Of a DNA stretch of 64,000 bases, positions 29,488 to 36,810 are shown piece by piece. The DNA comes from a virus. The notes below the pieces were generated by a model, which saw nothing but the letters and a program-made list of their open reading frames with translations, was not told where the DNA came from and made no database searches. Positions within the stretch are counted from its first letter, which is position 1, and each line of letters starts with the position of its first letter. The position numbers were made by a program, and so were the translations under genes. The stretch lies in the IMG/VR virus record IMGVR_UViG_3300008265_000001, one strand, 5' to 3'.

Positions 29488-29880
29488 CTAAAAGTCCTCG
29501 TCGTCCTCTACCGCAGGAGCCGCAGACTTAGTTGCAGTCTTGGTAGTAGTAGCTGCACCATCTTTAGCTTTTTCAAGTACAACAATAGGGAACAACTGAA
29601 AAGGAGAAAGTTGGTAGTAAGTTTTACCGTTGTATTCCCGACTTGTCAGGATGCCTTCAATTACAACCTTATCTCCCTTCTCAATGCTGTCGTCAGTGGT
29701 GAGTGCCGAGATGAAGATGCTTGGAGCGTACTGTTCGCCATCTCGCTTTGCAGCAGTGTTTACCGAAACCGAGACATCAGTGTATTCAGAGAAGTTACCG
29801 TTAGCTTGCTTAGTTCCAGTCACACGACCGAAGAACTTTTCAACTTTGCCAGAACCGATTGCAGAAAATAAAGGAGCCAT
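29488..29880 (-). CDS. ssb: single-stranded DNA-binding protein
   Basis: OB-fold-sized core followed by a low-complexity linker and an acidic tail VEDDEDF. Confidence 0.7.
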   Translation of the reverse strand: MAPLFSAIGSGKVEKFFGRVTGTKQANGNFSEYTDVSVSVNTAAKRDGEQYAPSIFISALTTDDSIEKGDKVVIEGILTSREYNGKTYYQLSPFQLFPIVVLEKAKDGAATTTKTATKSAAPAVEDDEDF

Positions 29881-29935
29881 GTGTTTTTGTCTTTTGTTTG
29901 AGTAAATTTAATGTAGCAGTGAGTCAGTAGTAAAA

Positions 29936-29944
29936 GTATCTATC
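29936..29944 (-). promoter_or_regulatory. class-1 promoter-like motif (minus: GATAGATAC)
   Basis: Ends 55 nt upstream of the ssb ATG at 29880. The leader is CA-rich with no SD. Confidence 0.4.
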
Positions 29945-29954
29945 GAAAGACTGA

Positions 29955-30662
29955 TTAAGCAGCCACTTCGGGAGCCGCGCTTTTGTTAGGGTTGTAGCGG
30001 TCACGATTTTCCCAGCAAAGCATCTTCCACTTACCTGCTGTATCGTAGTGACCCTTCTTAGCGAAAGCGTCGAACTTGAGAGCGCGTTCGTCAGCACTTG
30101 CATGACAGTAAGGTGCATTCTTTTCTGCCCATTCCAAACACTCTTTTTTAGAGTACGCTAAAGGTTGTACTTCAGCTTGAGCAGTCACAGCAGCATTACC
30201 ATCATCATCGGCATCAGCAGACAAGTTAAGCAGCGCACAGATGGAGTAGCGTCGAGCGTAGGTTAGTGCAGAACCTTTTTGTTGCTCGTTAGCTGGGAGT
30301 GTGATTGGGTAGTCAATCTGAAAACTTTCACCAGTTGGAGCAAAAGTGATTCTCGTCACCAAATTCGTTTGCTCTTCTATTTTCTCGAAAAAGCTGAACA
30401 GAACCAAGTTATGTCTCAGCAGAGGTTCACGAATAGACTTCATGATAGAGTCTAAATCGGCATACTTGCTTTTGAAGTGCGGGTTGAGTTTGTCCTTGAT
30501 GATTGGCGTAAACTCAAGTTGTGCCTTGACAAGTGCAGAAAAGAGATTATCGGGCTGGTGTGAGTATGGCGCGTAAATTTCTGGTTGCGGCGAGACAACG
30601 AGTTCGGACGACTCTTGGCGGTCGTCGATTTGGTCGGTCGTAGCTGGTTTTCTAGGAGCCAT
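29955..30662 (-). CDS. erf: ERF-family single-strand annealing protein
   Basis: NPHFKSKYADLDSIMKSIREPL...QQKGSALTYARRYSICALL. Confidence 0.8.
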   Translation of the reverse strand: MAPRKPATTDQIDDRQESSELVVSPQPEIYAPYSHQPDNLFSALVKAQLEFTPIIKDKLNPHFKSKYADLDSIMKSIREPLLRHNLVLFSFFEKIEEQTNLVTRITFAPTGESFQIDYPITLPANEQQKGSALTYARRYSICALLNLSADADDDGNAAVTAQAEVQPLAYSKKECLEWAEKNAPYCHASADERALKFDAFAKKGHYDTAGKWKMLCWENRDRYNPNKSAAPEVAA

Positions 30663-30720
30663 TTTGTTTTTCCTTGTAATAGTAGGGGTAGGTATCTCGC
30701 CTACCCAATTTAGTTGCGGT

Positions 30721-31044
30721 CTAGCTGTTTAGTTTAGCGGTCTTTACATCGGTCAAGCTGCTGCGAACTGCTTCGAGGCGACCATTGCGAACTGCACCAT
30801 TCAATTTAGTGCCTTTGATTTTCTCGCCATTGTCAATTTTTTCAACTAGGCGCTCTGCTTGAGATACCCAAACTTCAGCATCGTTAATTGCAAGAATGAG
30901 AAGTGCGCGATATTCATCGTTTGAGATAACTTCGGGTTCTTCGGTGATTGTCTCGGCTTCTTCAATTGCGGCTAAGGCTTGTTGTGCAACTTCAGGCTGA
31001 TATGCGACTGTGGTTTCGACTTCGTTGGTTTCTAGTGTAGGCAT
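30721..31044 (-). CDS. hypothetical protein
   Basis: 107-aa acidic ORF with a class-1 motif upstream. Confidence 0.6.
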   Translation of the reverse strand: MPTLETNEVETTVAYQPEVAQQALAAIEEAETITEEPEVISNDEYRALLILAINDAEVWVSQAERLVEKIDNGEKIKGTKLNGAVRNGRLEAVRSSLTDVKTAKLNS

Positions 31045-31102
31045 TTGTTTTCGGTGTTTTGCTCGATTGCTTAGTTAATATATCGTGTTGAGCAGGGTAG
31101 GT

Positions 31103-31111
31103 CATCTATCT
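31103..31111 (-). promoter_or_regulatory. class-1 promoter-like motif (minus: AGATAGATG)
   Basis: Ends 58 nt upstream of the ATG at 31044. Confidence 0.4.
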
Positions 31112-31120
31112 TGCGACTGA

Positions 31121-31372
31121 TTAGTACCGAGGATTTCCGAGAATATCTTTGCCCTTCACTTGCGGCTCCTTGACTCGCCAAGACTTGAGTTGCCAATCGC
31201 GGTAGTTCCCCTTTCTGCCACGATAACTAGCCACTACCTTCTCATTTTCGAGGTCTACGCTGACGATTCGGAGAGTATCGAGAACTTGACGAGTCATTGT
31301 TGTGTGTCCAGCTTTCTCTTTTCTGACCTTGTATAGAATTTGGTCGGGTTTTAAATTTCTAAGTGTTGCCAT
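31121..31372 (-). CDS. hypothetical protein
   Basis: 83-aa ORF. Confidence 0.55.
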   Translation of the reverse strand: MATLRNLKPDQILYKVRKEKAGHTTMTRQVLDTLRIVSVDLENEKVVASYRGRKGNYRDWQLKSWRVKEPQVKGKDILGNPRY

Positions 31373-31718
31373 CTGTCTTTCTCCAATTTATTGATTTGAA
31401 CTCTTTCAAGATTTTCAGTTTGATGGGGGTTCTAGCTATTTGCTTGCCATTGATTTCCATGCAGTAAGGATTTGAAGTAATTGTCCCGTCTGGATTTAGT
31501 TTAGTCTGACATACTCCGTCAAAACTGATATCGTAGTATTTTATCTTCGTTGTTTTCAGAGATGAAAATAGTCTAGCAACAGCTTCTAGGGGATAGTGAT
31601 TTAAAGTCAGAACCAGTGTGTCAGGAGGATAGACTGTAACGTCCTGCGGGAATACTTGGAACCCAAAATCTGTAATTTCTTTAAGGTCTTCGGGCAGTTG
31701 GAATTTATTGTTACTCAT
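31359..31718 (-). CDS. hypothetical protein
   Basis: 119-aa ORF. Confidence 0.6.
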   Translation of the reverse strand: MSNNKFQLPEDLKEITDFGFQVFPQDVTVYPPDTLVLTLNHYPLEAVARLFSSLKTTKIKYYDISFDGVCQTKLNPDGTITSNPYCMEINGKQIARTPIKLKILKEFKSINWRKTDGNT

Positions 31719-31932
31719 CTGTTTTGTTTACCCAATCTTTGTTGATTTCAAGCCATTCTTTTAATTTAGTCATACATTTTACATGAGAGTCACCACAAAA
31801 AGCAACATCAGCACATGACTCTTCTTCTGGGGGATTGGAGGCAACCCACACCATTATTTTGTAGCGACCGTTCGGGAATATTTGGCGGTAGACGTAGTGA
31901 CCTTGGAAGCGAAAACCGCAAGTTGTTCTCAT
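31711..31932 (-). CDS. hypothetical Cys-rich protein
   Basis: 73 aa, with GGAG 7 nt upstream of the ATG. Confidence 0.55.
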   Translation of the reverse strand: MRTTCGFRFQGHYVYRQIFPNGRYKIMVWVASNPPEEESCADVAFCGDSHVKCMTKLKEWLEINKDWVNKTDE

Positions 31933-32092
31933 AATTATCTCCAGATATAGAGAAAGACAGCGTTTTTAGGACTGTCTTTCGGGTGGTCTAGGCGGCTACA
32001 GGGGTAGCTTTCCTAGAAAAAGAAACGATGTTGTTGACGTTTATTTTTTCGCTATTTTAGCTGTCGCTCGTAAAGTCCCAGCGTGTTCTAGG

Positions 32093-32169
32093 CTTCCTTA
32101 CCTGTCGAAACCGTTAGCCTCACTTGAAGTGTAAGGCAAGAGAGTCGAACTCTTGTCCAGCCAAGGAAG
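32093..32169 (-). ncRNA. tRNA-like module C (7-bp closing stem, T-arm-like hairpin, 7-bp capped hairpin)
   Basis: Minus strand: CTTCCTT GG CTGGAC AAGAG-TTCGACT-CTCTT GCCTTAC-ACTTCAA-GTGAGGC TA ACGGTTTCGACAGGT AAGGAAG. A G.U pair exists only on the minus strand. Confidence 0.45.
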
Positions 32170-32212
32170 TACCTAAACTCTCAATAACACTTATATACTA
32201 ACACAACTACCA

Positions 32213-32926
32213 TTAATTACATCTACCATTAGAAATAATTTCTTCAACCTTCTTTTGTGCATCTTTCTCAAACTTAAAACTTCCAAAGTTGGCTGTTTTA
32301 CCCTTTACGGGAAACCTTACCCTCCAAACATTTCTTTTCTTGTCAAAAGAATACCCCTTGAAAGACCTCCGCCTAGCCTCTCCCATAATTACCAAGTTGT
32401 TATTATTTTTCCTAGTAAGTTTACATGGGTCAATATTTTTATGGTACTCAATAAGTTGTAATTTTGTAAGTGACTTTAGATAGTCTACTTTACATTTAGC
32501 GTCTTCCTCATCTTCAAAATACCCGAATTTCAATTGGATTCCATTAACTCTGTAGGCTACAACAAATACCTTCTTTTCTTTATTCCAAGAGTAGTAGTTT
32601 GAGTCTTTATATTTTATTCCTAATACCCAATTTGTAGTGTCTCTTGATATATTGTAAACCGAAGCCCAATCCTTAACAGCATCTAAATAAAATTGCTCTA
32701 ATGAAAACACCGTAGCTGCGTTAGCTGAAGATAATTTGTCTACTATCGAGAATACAAACGAAGATTGACCAAAACTATTCCACTCGAATTGCAGAGAACG
32801 ATTATGGTGCTTGTTTTTATTTAGTCCATTTAAATGCTCTTTAAATCTACGTTCAATATGAAGACTAGAACCGATATAATACTTGCCATTGACTACATTA
32901 GTTATGTAGTATATCCCTATTGTCAT
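32213..32926 (-). CDS. GIY-YIG homing endonuclease with two AP2-like repeats
   Basis: GIYYITN..GKYYIGSS...R..EH. Repeats VAYRVNGIQLKFGYFEDEEDA and WRVRFPVKGKTANFGSFKFEKDA. Confidence 0.8.
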   Translation of the reverse strand: MTIGIYYITNVVNGKYYIGSSLHIERRFKEHLNGLNKNKHHNRSLQFEWNSFGQSSFVFSIVDKLSSANAATVFSLEQFYLDAVKDWASVYNISRDTTNWVLGIKYKDSNYYSWNKEKKVFVVAYRVNGIQLKFGYFEDEEDAKCKVDYLKSLTKLQLIEYHKNIDPCKLTRKNNNNLVIMGEARRRSFKGYSFDKKRNVWRVRFPVKGKTANFGSFKFEKDAQKKVEEIISNGRCN

Positions 32927-33034
32927 TAATTCTTTACTGGTTAATCTGGTAGTTGGAAAAGCGACAGGGTTCCAGAGCCTTTTCGAGTTGCAATCTCTAT
33001 TCGCTTACTACCATAGTAACATACATAAAAATGA

Positions 33035-33421
33035 CTACACCAAGTCCCAAAAATTATCGCAAAGAATCTTAGCAAACTCTGCTGGTATCGGCTTTTGTTT
33101 TTCGAGTAGCTTCTTAGCGAAATCATCAACTATATTTTGCTTTTCCGCAGCATCTTTACAAATAGCCTCAAACTCCTGCTTTACCTTCGACTCGAAGCGC
33201 GACTCCTCGATAAAGTTCTGCTCAGAATCAACTCTGCCCCACATCAACACGTTTTGACCAGTACTAGCATCTCGTTGTAGTACAAAACTCCAACCAAGCT
33301 TAGTTAGCTCATCCATAACCATAATGCCAGTAGATTCAGCAGTTTTTATTACTTGAGCATCTCGCCATGCCCATTCTTCTTCTACCATGAGCGAGGAGAT
33401 TTTTTCGATTGTGTCATTCAT
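33035..33421 (-). CDS. hypothetical protein
   Basis: The track start is TTG at 33466. The ATG at 33421 follows the terminator hairpin. Confidence 0.5.
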   Translation of the reverse strand: MNDTIEKISSLMVEEEWAWRDAQVIKTAESTGIMVMDELTKLGWSFVLQRDASTGQNVLMWGRVDSEQNFIEESRFESKVKQEFEAICKDAAEKQNIVDDFAKKLLEKQKPIPAEFAKILCDNFWDLV

Positions 33422-33446
33422 AATATTAAAGGGGCATAAAGCCCCC
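33422..33446 (-). terminator. intrinsic terminator
   Basis: Minus strand: GGGGC-TTTAT-GCCCC followed by TTTAATATT, 28 nt after the stop at 33475. Confidence 0.6.
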
Positions 33447-33474
33447 TGTAATGTGTACCAAATCAAGCGTGAGA

Positions 33475-34098
33475 CTAGCGGTTATTGGGTGTGCCAACGT
33501 TAATAGAGCCAACAGAGCCAGCCTTAGCCACTTCCGCAGTCAAGTTACGTTGAGCTTCGATTTCTCTGAACAACTTGGCGATTTCATTACTGAGCGCGCC
33601 GTTACGTTCGGTGAGAGATTCGATTTGTGCAAGTTGCTTGGCTGTAGACGTTTCAAACTGGCTTTGAAGTAGTGCTTTCTCGGAGGCAAAATCGCGAGTC
33701 AAACGGCTATTTTCGATTGTAACTGCCTTTTTGACTTCAGCATCACGCTCTTGCTTGACGGCAACAAGTTCGGTCTGCAATGCTTTGTAAGCTGCCGATT
33801 CAATTGCTTCCTTGCCAACAGACTTCAAGTACTCGTTGACGGTCACATCTTTCTTTTCTGCCAGCTTCAGATTGAAATCAACTTCAGACTGACGGTATTT
33901 GGTCTGATATACTTCGGTCAAGCCTTCAATTTCAGCTCTCTTGTTAGCGATGTCGCGAGTTAGATTCTCTGCGGTTTCGGTGAGACTATCAACTGACTTG
34001 AATGCTTCTTGAATATTTGCTGTTGCTTTGACGAGTGCTGCTGCTGCGGAGGAAATTACTACGTCGGTGTTATCGGACTTGGTTTTAGCTGTTGCCAT
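33475..34098 (-). CDS. coiled-coil protein, apparently monocistronic
   Basis: 207 aa, heptad-rich and Ala/Glu/Lys-rich. It has its own class-1 motif upstream and a terminator downstream. Confidence 0.7.
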   Translation of the reverse strand: MATAKTKSDNTDVVISSAAAALVKATANIQEAFKSVDSLTETAENLTRDIANKRAEIEGLTEVYQTKYRQSEVDFNLKLAEKKDVTVNEYLKSVGKEAIESAAYKALQTELVAVKQERDAEVKKAVTIENSRLTRDFASEKALLQSQFETSTAKQLAQIESLTERNGALSNEIAKLFREIEAQRNLTAEVAKAGSVGSINVGTPNNR

Positions 34099-34151
34099 GT
34101 GATTAGTTGTTTTGTGTTTGTTTTACAAGTGTAGAGGGTTGTGGTGATGAT

Positions 34152-34163
34152 TGTATCTATCTT
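34152..34163 (-). promoter_or_regulatory. class-1 promoter-like motif (minus: AAGATAGATACA)
   Basis: Ends 53 nt upstream of the ATG at 34098. The leader is CA-rich. Confidence 0.45.
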
Positions 34164-34290
34164 AAGGTACATATAGTGAACCCCCGCAAATATCCGATGC
34201 GAGGGTTCTTTTTAGTTTGTACGACTAAAACATATAGGTGTACAGTACTTATATTTTACTTCCTGATTTTGCCTTGTTAATATCCTGTGG

Positions 34291-34391
34291 TCAAGCTTTA
34301 GACTTATATTAGCCGTATTACCATTATACTGATTCTGCCATGATAAGGCAGAAATGAGAATTGAACTCACATCGCTAATTATTAAGCTTGA
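34291..34391 (-). ncRNA. tRNA-like module A (inverted arm order; Y-RNA-like mimic or permuted tRNA)
   Basis: Minus strand: TCAAGCTT AATA ATTAG CGAT GTGAG-TTCAATT-CTCAT TTCTGCC-TTATCAT-GGCAGAA TCA GTAT-AATGGTA-ATAC GG CTAAT ATAAGTCTA AAGCTTGA. Confidence 0.6.
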
Positions 34392-34463
34392 AACGTCGAT
34401 ACAAAAGGGAAGGTTTTAAAATGAACTTGGAGCAATAACTTCAATTTCACTTTCAGATTGAGC

Positions 34464-34556
34464 CACTTCTCTAGACCCCAGATGTTTACCAGTTACATCA
34501 CCCTCCGATAGTCGGAGAAGTTCGGCTCGAACGAACAAGACTGCGGTTTAGAAGTG
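34464..34556 (-). ncRNA. tRNA-like module B (inverted arm order)
   Basis: Minus strand: CACTTCT AAA CCGCA GTCTT GTTCG-TTCGAGC-CGAAC TTCTCCG-ACTAT-CGGAGGG TG ATGT-AACTGGTAA-ACAT C TGGGG TCTAG AGAAGTG. Confidence 0.6.
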
Positions 34557-34612
34557 TTGTATAAGCTTTAACTTACGCTCTTTAATTAATATACTCGACC
34601 AACTTACTACCT

Positions 34613-34635
34613 CGCATCTACCTAAAGACAGATAT
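34613..34635 (-). promoter_or_regulatory. class-1-variant motif heading the ORF-free RNA locus (minus: ATATCTGTCTTTAGGTAGATGCG)
   Basis: Matches 37273-37295 at 20 of 23 positions. It ends 56 nt upstream of module B. Confidence 0.45.
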
Positions 34636-34660
34636 AAAAAAGCGCTCCCGAAGGAACGCT
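34635..34660 (-). terminator. intrinsic terminator
   Basis: Minus strand: AGCGTTCC-TTCG-GGAGCGCT followed by TTTTTT, directly after the stop at 34672. The stem has a G.U pair only on the minus strand. Confidence 0.8.
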
Positions 34661-34671
34661 CTCTCTCTCTC

Positions 34672-35436
34672 TTATTGCAATGGTTGAGTCAGATAGTTAG
34701 TTATATCTTTTCCAATCTTGAATTGAATCACCTCAATGGCATTTGCACCTTCCCTTGCCACTACAACAGCCTCTAGAAGCTTCTGAGCGCGACTGACGAG
34801 TGCTTGCTTGGTTGTCTGATAAATTGCACCACTGTAGCTGATTTGCTCCCACACACCTTCGTTAATGTCTTGACTGTACTCTTTAACTTGAGCAGGGTGC
34901 TTGTCGGTCAGCGTACCTTCAATGACTTTCCAATCGGTGATTTTCTTGGTCTTGTTGGTACGGCGAACTTCGGATTCATACAAACCAGTGTTGGGGTCAA
35001 CACTCCACTTTTCTGCGCTGTCAAGGACAGGTAATGAATCGAAAAATGTAACGATGTCAGTTAACTGCTTTTCGAGAAACAACAAGCTTGAGACAGGTAC
35101 ATTCTCGGCGATTGTAGCTCCGTTAACCACAATGTTGCCAACTGCGGCTTGATTGGTTTTGTCGAGTGTTGTGATTGTGTCGAACAACTCGGTTAATAAC
35201 GAAGTGAATGCTGCAACTTGGTCTTTGACATTAGTTTGAGTCAACTTCGATTCAGGAGGATACACATACCCATCTTCAGCATTGGGGCGATAAGTTTTGC
35301 TCAAACCACCAAACAAATCTCGCTTTTGAATTGTCTTGTAGATTTCAGTCTTTGCCTTACTGACGCGAGATTTAACGCCTTCGGTGATGGCAAGCAATTG
35401 GTGTAGAAGAAGTCCAGATGCAGTTGATTTAGCCAT
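34672..35436 (-). CDS. hypothetical protein, apparently monocistronic and highly expressed
   Basis: 254-aa ORF bracketed by a class-1 motif (35493-35504) and a strong terminator. Confidence 0.75.
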   Translation of the reverse strand: MAKSTASGLLLHQLLAITEGVKSRVSKAKTEIYKTIQKRDLFGGLSKTYRPNAEDGYVYPPESKLTQTNVKDQVAAFTSLLTELFDTITTLDKTNQAAVGNIVVNGATIAENVPVSSLLFLEKQLTDIVTFFDSLPVLDSAEKWSVDPNTGLYESEVRRTNKTKKITDWKVIEGTLTDKHPAQVKEYSQDINEGVWEQISYSGAIYQTTKQALVSRAQKLLEAVVVAREGANAIEVIQFKIGKDITNYLTQPLQ

Positions 35437-35492
35437 GACAGTTTTAGATTAATTTTGATAGTTTAATTAGATTACAGAAAAGAATGTCGAAA

Positions 35493-35504
35493 TGTATCTA
35501 TCTA
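35493..35504 (-). promoter_or_regulatory. class-1 promoter-like motif (minus: TAGATAGATACA)
   Basis: Ends 56 nt upstream of the ATG at 35436. Confidence 0.45.
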
Positions 35505-35680
35505 AAGTTAGGTATAGACAATTGCGCCAGTATTTAGGTCGATGATGCGGCGCTTAATACGAGGCTCAAAGTAGCACATAACTTCAAAAAGTCTGGTTAG
35601 TCTAGCTAGACTTTCCTCTCCACGATGCCACATTAAAAGCCAACGATTATGTTTGGCAGAAAAGAATTGTATTTGATACA

Positions 35681-35869
35681 TTACAACACCTTAACTAAAA
35701 TAATGTCGTTGACCAACAATACTAAAAATGCAATAGGAATAATGACTTTCGCAAGTTGCCAGCCATTTTGGGTGAATCGCGCTTCATGTGCCTCTACAGC
35801 TTCTCGCGCAATCTCTTCTGTTGACTTGTAGGGTAAGTAAATGTCATTTTTGCCAGTCAGTCGTGCCAT
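35681..35869 (-). CDS. small membrane protein
   Basis: 62 aa with a C-terminal hydrophobic helix. Confidence 0.5.
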   Translation of the reverse strand: MARLTGKNDIYLPYKSTEEIAREAVEAHEARFTQNGWQLAKVIIPIAFLVLLVNDIILVKVL

Positions 35870-35870
35870 G

Positions 35871-36050
35871 TTAAAAATCTCCTTCGTAGTTAGGGTCAGC
35901 GAGTAGTCCTAAAACAATCTGCTGCAAACAAGTAATGAACGGGAGCAACCTTGCCGAATATTGAATCGAGTAGATGTAATCCTCAGCGAAGCGGTCTTGC
36001 AACCATCCTGAAGCTAATGAATAGACTTGAGCATCATATTGGTCATCCAT
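35871..36050 (-). CDS. small protein (59 aa)
   Basis: MDDQYDAQVYSLASGW... Its stop lies 1 nt before the next ATG. Below the track cutoff. Confidence 0.45.
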   Translation of the reverse strand: MDDQYDAQVYSLASGWLQDRFAEDYIYSIQYSARLLPFITCLQQIVLGLLADPNYEGDF

Positions 36051-36192
36051 TTTTTCTGCTCCATCTGTAATCAGCGTATTGTTTAGCGTACTCGTAAGTC
36101 TTGAAAGGTAGTGGACATTCAGGGTCTTCGACTGAAAAAGTTAACAAACCATCAAAGTTGAAATAAGGGCGTATAAGATAAGGTAACTTCAC
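36043..36192 (-). CDS. small protein (49 aa, GTG start)
   Basis: Fills the gap between 36194 and 36050 and overlaps the next start by 8 nt. Confidence 0.35.
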   Translation of the reverse strand: MKLPYLIRPYFNFDGLLTFSVEDPECPLPFKTYEYAKQYADYRWSRKNG

Positions 36193-36193
36193 A

Positions 36194-36763
36194 TCAAACC
36201 TCCGATGTATAAATTAAATCGTTTACTTTCAAATCTTTAGGGAATACTAACTCAGTATTAGTTGTAAAACTGCTCTCTTTGAACAAAACGTAATTTGTTG
36301 GTTGAATTGTTAATCTCCCATTATCAAGTCGAATAAACATGAACTCTTTGGCTTGCTCAGGGTACTCAGTGAAACCATCGTCTAGAGGACAGACAGAAAA
36401 GAGATAAGTGCCTAGAAGAGCTGTTTCAGCGTCAATGGCAGCTTTGCATCGTAAGTTGGCTAGATACTTATACTCAATTGCAGACCAGTTTTGGCTGTAG
36501 CAGTCCCAGCGTTGAGCTTGCTTAATGTCCCAAGTGTCGGCAGAGAAAGATAACGGGTCTTCAAACAATATTGCATGAGGTGGCAAATTACGAAAAAATG
36601 CCCCACACTCCAACATAACGTGTAAGCCCCAACTCCGACCACACACACTGTTGAGAGCAAACCAAACAGCAGGGATGTAGCCAATAAATTGCTTGTGAGT
36701 GAAATTAGTGTCTATCCAAATATATTTGTGTTTTGGGATGTCGCCCACTGCAATGTTTTTCAT
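36194..36763 (-). CDS. hypothetical protein
   Basis: 189-aa ORF immediately after the terminator at 36781-36810. Confidence 0.65.
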   Translation of the reverse strand: MKNIAVGDIPKHKYIWIDTNFTHKQFIGYIPAVWFALNSVCGRSWGLHVMLECGAFFRNLPPHAILFEDPLSFSADTWDIKQAQRWDCYSQNWSAIEYKYLANLRCKAAIDAETALLGTYLFSVCPLDDGFTEYPEQAKEFMFIRLDNGRLTIQPTNYVLFKESSFTTNTELVFPKDLKVNDLIYTSEV

Positions 36764-36780
36764 TTGTTAAGTTTAGATAT

Positions 36781-36810
36781 AAAAATGCCCCTAACCAATG
36801 TTCAAGGGGC
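36781..36810 (-). terminator. intrinsic terminator closing the ORF-free locus
   Basis: Minus strand: GCCCCT-TGAACATTGGTT-AGGGGC followed by ATTTTTAT. Confidence 0.7.

Noticed and set aside
31933-33034. Group I intron carrying the GIY-YIG ORF (T4 td-like layout) that splits 33035-33466 and 31711-31932
   Set aside because: The layout (about 108 nt 5', the ORF, about 280 nt 3') is suggestive. However, I find no P7/R-S-type core sequences. The flanking ORFs show no recognisable single protein. The downstream ORF has its own GGAG SD and ATG, with an in-frame stop 11 codons upstream. It is kept only as an alternative to test by RT-PCR.
34175-34212. Hairpin GAACCCCCGCA...TGCGAGGGTTC followed by TTTTT as a terminator
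   Set aside because: The T-run follows the hairpin only on the plus strand, where no gene is transcribed into it. On the minus strand the run precedes the stem. It may still end the RNA locus weakly, but I cannot support calling it a terminator.
34291-34556. Canonical tRNA genes at the T-arm-like hairpins, on either strand
   Set aside because: The T-loop (TTCRANY) and D-loop (GG) signatures are on the minus strand, but the arm order there is T, acceptor, D. The acceptor strands are joined by a 5-7 nt loop, and no 7-nt anticodon loop closes the inner stem. On the plus strand the order fits, but the loops lose all conserved nucleotides and G.U pairs become C.A mismatches.
34291-34556. Two-piece (permuted) tmRNA
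   Set aside because: The permuted order is reminiscent of a two-piece tmRNA. However, the acceptor stems do not start GGG with a G3.U70 pair, no encoded CCA is present, and I see no tag reading frame or pseudoknot series.
34657-34671. (CT)7 dinucleotide run next to the stop codon of 34672-35436 as a phase-variation tract
   Set aside because: It lies outside the reading frame, between the stop codon and the terminator stem, so slippage would not change a protein. It is noted only as a simple repeat.
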